DNA of 64,000 nt from IMG/VR virus record IMGVR_UViG_3300024348_000008; one strand, written 5' to 3'. Position 1 is the first letter of the stretch, and each line of letters starts with the position of its first letter. Below the pieces are notes generated by a model. The model had not been told where the DNA came from. It saw nothing but the letters and a program-made list of their open reading frames with translations, and searched no databases. Position numbers and translations under genes: made by a program. Positions 57,804-64,000 of this stretch are shown here, one piece after another. This DNA comes from a virus.

Positions 57804-59403
57804 AAATAACGAATTTGGTTATTTAGGTAATGTTAATGTAAAGCGAGATGGCCTTGAAGAAGGTTTTACTGCGGAACAAGTTCGAGAATACAAAAAGTGC
57901 ATGGATAATCCTGCATATTTTGCAAAAACTTATGTAAAAATTATATCTCTTGATGAAGGTTTAGTTCCATTTGATTTATATCCATACCAAGAAGAAATGT
58001 TTAATCATTTTAATGCTAATCGTTTCAGTATATGTTTAGCATGTCGACAAAGCGGTAAATCAATATCTAGTGTAGTATATCTTTTATGGTATGCTCTATT
58101 TCATTCTGAAAAAACTATTGCAATCTTGGCAAACAAGGGTGTAGTTGCAAGAGAAATGTTAGCTCGTGTTACTTTAGCATTAGAAAATATTCCATTCTTT
58201 TTGCAACCAGGCACAAAGGCACTCAATAAAGGCTCAATAGAATTTTCAAATAACTCACGAATTATTGCAACTGCAACATCTGCTTCTTCAATTAGGGGTT
58301 TATCTGTTAATTTATTGTTTCTTGATGAGTTTGCTTTTGTAGAAAATGATGCAGAATTCTATACTTCAACATATCCTGTTATTTCATCAGGTAGTGACAC
58401 TAAAATAATTGTTACTTCTACTGCAAATGGTGTTGGTAATGTATATCACAAATTATGGGAAGGTGCAGTTTCAAAAGAAAATGAATTTAAAGCGTTTAGA
58501 GTTGATTGGTGGGATGTTCCGGGTAGAGATGAAACTTGGAAAGCATTAACAATTGCTAATACTTCAGAATTACAGTTCGATCAAGAATTTGGTAATACCT
58601 TCCTAGGCCGGGGCGGGACTCTAATAGATGCAAATTCTTTGCTTGCACAAAAGATGCATGAACCGGTTATGGTAAAAGAAAACGTATATATTTATGAAAT
58701 GCCTTTGCAAGATCATGAATATGTAATGTGTGTTGATGTGGCCAGAGGTAGAGGACAAGATTATTCAACTTTTACTATTATTGATATTAGTACAAATCCA
58801 TTTCAACAAGTTGCGGTCTTTAGAGATAATATTATATCGCCTATATTATATCCAGATCTAATTTATAAATACGCATATTTGTTTAATAAAGCTTATGTGA
58901 TTATAGAATCTAATGATGCTGGTCAATTGGTATGTAATGGATTATATTATGATTTAGAATATGAAAATATGTTTGTAGAATCGACTGTTAAACGAGGAGC
59001 AATTGGTGCTACTATGACTCGTAGAGTTAAGCGTATTGGTTGTTCTAATATAAAAGATTTAATAGAACAAAGAAAAATAAACATTGTAGATGCAAACACA
59101 ATAGTAGAAATGAGTACATTTGTTGCAAAAGGTCAATCTTTTGAAGCTTCACTTAGTAATCATGATGATTTAATGATGAATCTAGTATTATTTGGTTGGT
59201 TTACAACAACTGACATCTTTTTGGGTATGACAGATATAGAAATGAAGAAGATGTTATATAACGAACAACTCAAAGCTATTCAGGATGATGTAATTCCGTT
59301 TGGTTTTGTTAACGATGATCCAGAAAAACCTAAGTATGAAGTAGACGAAGATGGTCAAGTATGGTTCGAAACACCTAATGGAAGACATGACGGTGTTTTC
59401 TAG
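57790..59403 (+). CDS. gp17: terminase large subunit gp17, uninterrupted
   Basis: RQSGKS Walker A, LLFLDEFAF Walker B, STANG coupling motif, VDVARGRGQDYS, HDDLMM. Confidence 0.97.
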   Translation: MAKIKNNEFGYLGNVNVKRDGLEEGFTAEQVREYKKCMDNPAYFAKTYVKIISLDEGLVPFDLYPYQEEMFNHFNANRFSICLACRQSGKSISSVVYLLWYALFHSEKTIAILANKGVVAREMLARVTLALENIPFFLQPGTKALNKGSIEFSNNSRIIATATSASSIRGLSVNLLFLDEFAFVENDAEFYTSTYPVISSGSDTKIIVTSTANGVGNVYHKLWEGAVSKENEFKAFRVDWWDVPGRDETWKALTIANTSELQFDQEFGNTFLGRGGTLIDANSLLAQKMHEPVMVKENVYIYEMPLQDHEYVMCVDVARGRGQDYSTFTIIDISTNPFQQVAVFRDNIISPILYPDLIYKYAYLFNKAYVIIESNDAGQLVCNGLYYDLEYENMFVESTVKRGAIGATMTRRVKRIGCSNIKDLIEQRKINIVDANTIVEMSTFVAKGQSFEASLSNHDDLMMNLVLFGWFTTTDIFLGMTDIEMKKMLYNEQLKAIQDDVIPFGFVNDDPEKPKYEVDEDGQVWFETPNGRHDGVF

Positions 59404-59415
59404 AATATTTTATAT

Positions 59416-59489
59416 TATAAATATAAGTATGAATGTAACCGAAAGGTTAATTAACTTATAATGTGGACTTATAACTAAAACTCATTGAG
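59416..59489 (+). promoter_or_regulatory. late promoter (59416..59423) and structured gp18 leader with a GAAA-tetraloop hairpin (59436..59449)
   Basis: TATAAATA; TAACC-GAAA-GGTTA; CTC-ATT-GAG adjoining the GAGG RBS. Confidence 0.7.
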
Positions 59490-59500
59490 AGGATAAAGCG

Positions 59501-61201
59501 ATGGCATTTCAAGTATCACCAGGCGTCCAAGTCAAAGAAATTGACGCAACGGGCGTGGTACCAGCAGTCTCTACCAGTATTGGCGGAACTGTAGGTGCAT
59601 TTAACTGGGGTCCGGTAGGCGAAGTAGTTTCAATAAGCTCTGAAAAGAACTTAGCGGAAGTATTCGGAACACCAGACAACAGTACATATAAATACTTTTT
59701 AACTGCTGCCGGATTTCTTAAATACGGTAACAGCCTAAAAGTTGTTCGAACCGATAGCACAAGCATGCGTAATGCTACTGCTGATGGTTCAGGCCTATCC
59801 ATCAAAAATGATTCAGTGTATGATGCTTCATATAGTAGTGGTGCAGCTTCTGTAGGAATTTGGGCAGCCAAATACTCCGGAATTAAAGGAAATAGTCTTA
59901 GAGTAGCTATGTGTACAGAGGGCAGTTTATTTGCCGGTTGGACATATGCTTCAAGCTTTGACTCTGCTCCTGGTACTTCTAACTATGCGACATCATTGGG
60001 TAAAGGCTCCATTGGAGACGAACTACACGTAATCGTTATTGACGAAGATGGCGACATTAGCGGAACTGCTGGAACAGTTCTAGAAACTTTTGCATTCATG
60101 TCACAAGGTTCTGACGCTAAAAAAGAAGATGGCACATCAAACTATTATAAAGACGTAATCAATACTGGTTCTTCTTATATTAGATGGATGGATCATCACA
60201 CAACATTAACCGAAGCGGGTAGTGCAATTAGCACAGTATCATCTATGGCTGGTTTATCAAGTGCTTCTGACATAGAAGTAACTGGTAGATCTCTATCAGG
60301 TGGTGTTGATGATAGTACACCAACCGCAGCAGAAATTGCAACAGCATTCGACTTATTAGAAGATGCTGAAACAGTTGATGTTCAACTTCTATTTGCATAT
60401 CCAGATGCAAATGGAGCAAATACGATATCAAATGATTTGATCTCTATTGCAGCCGCAAGAAAAGATTGTATGTCATTTGTATCTCCACCAATCGACGACA
60501 CAGTTAACGCTACTACTCCAGCAGCTGACGTTAAAGCTTGGGCTGACACGCTCACTTCAAGTTCTTACGCATCTGCCGATTCTGGTGCGATTTATGTTTA
60601 TGACAAATATAATGATGCATATAGATGGATTGGAGCAGCTGGCCATATTGCTGGTCTTTGTGCAGCTACCGATAAAACTGCCGATGCATGGTTTTCACCT
60701 GCAGGAGCAACAAGAGGTCAACTGTTTGGTGTAATTAAATTGGCATTTAATCCTGTTAAAGCCGATAGAGATACTCTCTATAAAGCGCGGGTTAATCCAG
60801 TTGTCTCATTCCCAGGAGAAGGAACACTTCTCTTTGGTGATAAAACTTTGCTTTCTAAGCCTTCAGCTTTCGATCGTATTAACGTACGTAGATTGTTTAA
60901 TACTTTAGAAAAAGCAATTTCAACTGCTGCTAGAGCGCAGCTTTTCGAATTCAATGATGAATTTACAAGAGCGCAATTTAGAAACTTAGTTGAACCGTTT
61001 TTAAGAGACGTAAAAGGTCGTAGAGGAATAACTGATTTTTCAGTTGTTTGCGATACAACCAATAACACGGGTCAAGTCATTGATACTAATAATTTTGTAG
61101 CTGATATTTATATTAAACCTGCAAGATCTATTAACTTCATAACTTTGAACTTTATTGCAACTAGAACCGGTGTAGATTTCTCTGAAATCTCAGGTTCTTA
61201 A
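59501..61201 (+). CDS. gp18: tail sheath protein gp18
   Basis: MAFQVSPGVQVKEID, FNWGPV, WFSPAG..RG, GDKT..SAFDRINVRRLF, KPARSINFITLNF. Confidence 0.97.
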   Translation: MAFQVSPGVQVKEIDATGVVPAVSTSIGGTVGAFNWGPVGEVVSISSEKNLAEVFGTPDNSTYKYFLTAAGFLKYGNSLKVVRTDSTSMRNATADGSGLSIKNDSVYDASYSSGAASVGIWAAKYSGIKGNSLRVAMCTEGSLFAGWTYASSFDSAPGTSNYATSLGKGSIGDELHVIVIDEDGDISGTAGTVLETFAFMSQGSDAKKEDGTSNYYKDVINTGSSYIRWMDHHTTLTEAGSAISTVSSMAGLSSASDIEVTGRSLSGGVDDSTPTAAEIATAFDLLEDAETVDVQLLFAYPDANGANTISNDLISIAAARKDCMSFVSPPIDDTVNATTPAADVKAWADTLTSSSYASADSGAIYVYDKYNDAYRWIGAAGHIAGLCAATDKTADAWFSPAGATRGQLFGVIKLAFNPVKADRDTLYKARVNPVVSFPGEGTLLFGDKTLLSKPSAFDRINVRRLFNTLEKAISTAARAQLFEFNDEFTRAQFRNLVEPFLRDVKGRRGITDFSVVCDTTNNTGQVIDTNNFVADIYIKPARSINFITLNFIATRTGVDFSEISGS

Positions 61202-61216
61202 TAGGAGGACAGTATA

Positions 61217-61744
61217 ATGGCAATCTTAGGAGTAGATGATTTTAAATCTAAACTTACTGGTGGCGGTGCACGTCCTAATATGTTCAAAGCGACTGTTAAC
61301 TTCCCGAGCTATGCTCAGGGTGATGTTGAGTTAACTTCCTTTATGTGTAAGCAAATTTCAATTCCTGCATCTACTATAGGTGCTGTTGAAGTTGCTTTCC
61401 GCGGAAGAAAATTTAGTATTGCTGGTGATAGAATATTCGAAAATGTCGGATTAACTATCATTAATGATGTTGACTTTGCTGTTAGGAACGCGTTCGAACG
61501 ATGGATGAACGGAATTAATGGACATGAAAGTAATACTGGCATAGCCAATGTTACTGATTATTCAGCCGATATAATCATCGAACAACTTGATAAAAGTGGC
61601 GCAACAGTAAAAACTTATAATATGAGAGGGTGTTGGCCTGTTTCAGTAGCAGCAATTGAACTTAACTATGATTCTTCAGATGAAATTGAAGAATTTGCAG
61701 TTGATTTAGTTTGTAGCTATTGGGAATCTGACACAACTAGCTAA
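61217..61744 (+). CDS. gp19: tail tube protein gp19
   Basis: DDFKSKLTGGGARPNMF, FRGRKFSIAGDR, INDVDFAVRNAFERWMN, QLDKSG. Confidence 0.95.
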   Translation: MAILGVDDFKSKLTGGGARPNMFKATVNFPSYAQGDVELTSFMCKQISIPASTIGAVEVAFRGRKFSIAGDRIFENVGLTIINDVDFAVRNAFERWMNGINGHESNTGIANVTDYSADIIIEQLDKSGATVKTYNMRGCWPVSVAAIELNYDSSDEIEEFAVDLVCSYWESDTTS

Positions 61745-61754
61745 AAATAAGTTG

Positions 61755-61801
61755 TATAAATAATATTAGAGGAGAGGACAATTGTCCTCTCTGATAATAT
61801 T
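61755..61801 (+). promoter_or_regulatory. late promoter (61755..61762) followed by a long hairpin with a 20-bp perfect palindrome (61772..61791) in the portal leader
   Basis: GAGAGGACAATTGTCCTCTC flanked by AATATTA/TAATATT; GGAG RBS directly after. Confidence 0.8.
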
Positions 61802-61810
61802 GGAGTAATT

Positions 61811-63298
61811 ATGGCAGAATTTTTCGGATTCGAAATCAACAGAAAAGGTGGAAAAGGCGGGGAACCGATCTCTTTTGTGCCAGATACCGAACAGGACGGT
61901 GCAGGTGTAATATCTAGCGGTGGACATTTTGGTGCATATGTTGATTTAGACGGTGATAAACAAAAGAATGAACAAGATCTCATTATTAAATATAGAGATG
62001 TAGCTACTCAGCCTGAAACTGATGCGGCTATTGAAGATATTGTAAATGAGGCAATTATTGGTGATGGAGATTCAGCTCCAGTCTTTATAGTATTAGACAA
62101 AGTTGATGCATCAGATAAAATAAAAGATTCTATTAGAAATGAATTTAAAACAGTAATACGTTTACTTGATTTTACTTCATATGGAAATGATATTTTTAGA
62201 AAATGGTATATTGATGGTAGATTACCATATCATGTGATGATAGATGACACAAATCCTAAAGCTGGAATTAAAGAGCTTAGGTATATTGATCCTTTAAAGC
62301 TTAGGAAGGTAAAAGAAATTGAATCTAAAAGAGATCCAAAAACTAATGCCGATGTTATTGTTAAGCAAAAAGAATATTTCTTATTTCAAGATGACAAAAT
62401 AGGACAATCAAATGAAGGTTTAAAAATACATCCAGATGCTATTGTATATGGCACTTCTGGAATGTTAGATCCTTCTCGCAAACGAATTTTATCTTATTTG
62501 CATAAAGCAATTAAGCCTGTGAATCAATTAAGAATGATGGAAGATTCACTTGTAATATACAGAATATCACGTGCACCAGAAAGGCGTATATTCTATATTG
62601 ATGTTGGTAACTTACCTAAAGGTAAAGCAGAAGAATACTTAACCAATATCATGAATAAGTATCGTAACAAAATGGTATATGATGCTAGTACTGGTGCAGT
62701 TAAGGATGATCGTAAACACATGTCGATGTTAGAAGATTTCTTCTTACCGAGACGTGAAGGTGGTCGAGGTACTGAAATTAGTACTCTTCCAGGTGGAGAG
62801 AATCTTGGACAAATTGATGATATTTTATATTTCCAAAAGAAACTATATAGAAGTTTAAATGTACCTATGGCTAGATTAGAACAAGAAGTTCAATTTAGTT
62901 TAGGTAGAAGCACTGAAATCACAAGAGATGAAGTGAAGTTTAAGAAGTTTATTGATAGACTTCGAAAAAGGTTCTCAGATGTCTTTATGCAAGTATTGAA
63001 AACACAGTTATTGCTTAAAGGTATAATTACAAAAGAAGATTGGACTAAGTTTAGACAAGATATTGTTTTTGATTTTATTGAAGATAATTATTTTGCAGAA
63101 CTTAAAGAATCTGAAATGTATAGAGAAAGATTTGAAATGTTAGGAACGTTGGAAGATTACGTTGGAAAGTATGTTTCAGATGAATGGATTAGAAAAAAGA
63201 TCTTAAGACAGTCCGATGTTGAAATAAAAGAGCTAGATAAGCAAATAAATGCTGAAAAAGCTGCTGGGGACGTCGACGATATAGACCTTGACATCTAA
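61811..63298 (+). CDS. gp20: portal vertex protein gp20
   Basis: LHKAIKPVNQLRMMEDSLVIYRISRAPERRIFYIDVGNLPKGKAEEYL, LPRREGGRGTEISTLPGG. Confidence 0.98.
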   Translation: MAEFFGFEINRKGGKGGEPISFVPDTEQDGAGVISSGGHFGAYVDLDGDKQKNEQDLIIKYRDVATQPETDAAIEDIVNEAIIGDGDSAPVFIVLDKVDASDKIKDSIRNEFKTVIRLLDFTSYGNDIFRKWYIDGRLPYHVMIDDTNPKAGIKELRYIDPLKLRKVKEIESKRDPKTNADVIVKQKEYFLFQDDKIGQSNEGLKIHPDAIVYGTSGMLDPSRKRILSYLHKAIKPVNQLRMMEDSLVIYRISRAPERRIFYIDVGNLPKGKAEEYLTNIMNKYRNKMVYDASTGAVKDDRKHMSMLEDFFLPRREGGRGTEISTLPGGENLGQIDDILYFQKKLYRSLNVPMARLEQEVQFSLGRSTEITRDEVKFKKFIDRLRKRFSDVFMQVLKTQLLLKGIITKEDWTKFRQDIVFDFIEDNYFAELKESEMYRERFEMLGTLEDYVGKYVSDEWIRKKILRQSDVEIKELDKQINAEKAAGDVDDIDLDI

Positions 63299-63303
63299 AT
63301 TAT

Positions 63304-63311
63304 TATAAATA
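63304..63311 (+). promoter_or_regulatory. late promoter for the prohead core and protease genes
   Basis: exact TATAAATA, then an AAGGA RBS. Confidence 0.8.
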
Positions 63312-63330
63312 TATTAAAGGAAAGAAACGA

Positions 63331-63501
63331 ATGAGTAAAATTGAAGAACTTATTGGTAACGTAAAAGATGATGATTTGGTAAAAGCTAAAACAGCTTTCG
63401 ACGGTATTATGACAGCAAAAATAGATGCTGCTATGAATGCTAAGAAAGTTGAGTTGGGCTCTACTGTAATCAATCGCGTTAAAGAAAAACAAGCGGATTA
63501 A
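63331..63501 (+). CDS. gp67: prohead core protein, gp67-like, 56 aa, missing from the ORF track
   Basis: MSKIEELIGNVKDDDLVKAKTAFDGIMTAKIDAAMNAKKVELG...; position after gp20. Confidence 0.75.
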   Translation: MSKIEELIGNVKDDDLVKAKTAFDGIMTAKIDAAMNAKKVELGSTVINRVKEKQAD

Positions 63502-63502
63502 A

Positions 63503-64000
63503 ATGAAATTAATTACGGAATATACAGAAAGCAATATTAGTCATTTCACCGAAGCTACTAAATCCGGTGGAAAACAACATGTTATTGAAGGCGTGTTTAT
63601 GCAGGCTGATAAGAAAAATCGTAATGGCCGCATATATGAGAAAAAAATTCTAGAGGCTGCAGTTGACAAATATGTCGCTGAGCAAGTTCTCAGTGGTAGG
63701 GCAGTTGGTGAGTTAAATCACCCCGAAGGTCCTACTATTAATCTAGATAAGGTTTCACACAAAATTACAGACCTCAGATTTGAGGGAAATAATGTTGTAG
63801 GAAAAGCATCAATTCTTAAAACCCCTATGGGACAAATCGTTGAAGGTTTGTTAGATGGAGGAGTTAAGCTTGGTGTATCAAGTCGTGGTATGGGTAGTCT
63901 TGTACAGAAAAATGGTACTAGTTATGTTGGGTCTGACTTTATGTTAGCCACAGTAGATATCGTTCAAGATCCTTCCGCTCCAGAGGCATTTGTCAATGGA
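63503..64000 (+). CDS. gp21: prohead protease gp21, truncated by the window end
   Basis: manual translation: MKLITE..IEGVFMQADKKNRNGRIY..AVGELNHP..INLDKVSH..LGVSSRGMGSL..VDIVQDPSAPEAFVNG. Confidence 0.95.
   Translation, partial: MKLITEYTESNISHFTEATKSGGKQHVIEGVFMQADKKNRNGRIYEKKILEAAVDKYVAEQVLSGRAVGELNHPEGPTINLDKVSHKITDLRFEGNNVVGKASILKTPMGQIVEGLLDGGVKLGVSSRGMGSLVQKNGTSYVGSDFMLATVDIVQDPSAPEAFVNG

Noticed and set aside
58864-58871. TATAAATA inside gp17 (also 49209..49216 and 51762..51769)
   Set aside because: Intragenic and not positioned just before a start; plausible by chance in AT-rich DNA. The 49209 copy might serve the downstream small genes but has no further support.
57790-63298. Introns, inteins or homing endonucleases in gp17, gp18 or gp20
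   Set aside because: The frames are continuous and of ordinary length, with no insertion or endonuclease motif.
188-63534. Numerous minus-strand and short alternate-frame ORFs in the track
   Set aside because: They lie over well-supported + strand genes and look like antisense or frame shadows of biased codon usage, with no motifs or independent signals.
1-64000. Host assignment, alternative genetic code, or tRNA genes
   Set aside because: No host-diagnostic gene is present; the standard code gives full-length conserved proteins at high coding density; intergenic gaps are short and show no cloverleaf.

Overview
A 64-kb, co-oriented (+ strand), AT-rich stretch of a T4-like myovirus genome holding most of the late virion module. 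Its architecture resembles marine T4-like phages; the host cannot be inferred from this window. Gene order: baseplate (gp48, gp53, hub, gp5, gp25, gp6, gp7-like, gp8), a 1879-aa DUF4815-type protein, about 32 kb with eight fibre-like genes (17.4-49.5 kb), a small accessory block (PurD-like ATP-grasp, 2OG-Fe(II)-like, two Gly/Ser/Thr-rich tip-like proteins), then gp13-gp20, gp67-like and the start of gp21. T4 late promoters (TATAAATA) occur throughout, and four sit exactly 13 nt before an ATG, suggesting leaderless mRNAs. The most unusual part is the fibre locus. A candidate scaffold (25297..28767) has five putative docking domains in a 1+3+1 pattern, and it is followed by five fibre+chaperone cassettes whose N-termini also fall into 1+3+1 classes. 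The cassettes share short junction repeats, and their internal modules are joined by a codon-invariant GTTGGTAT core (17 of 17 copies). I read this as a branched, recombinationally shuffled receptor-binding system, which is an inference. I saw no tRNA, rRNA, CRISPR array, intron, homing endonuclease, recombinase or reverse transcriptase. All family assignments are by-eye motif recognition, not database hits.
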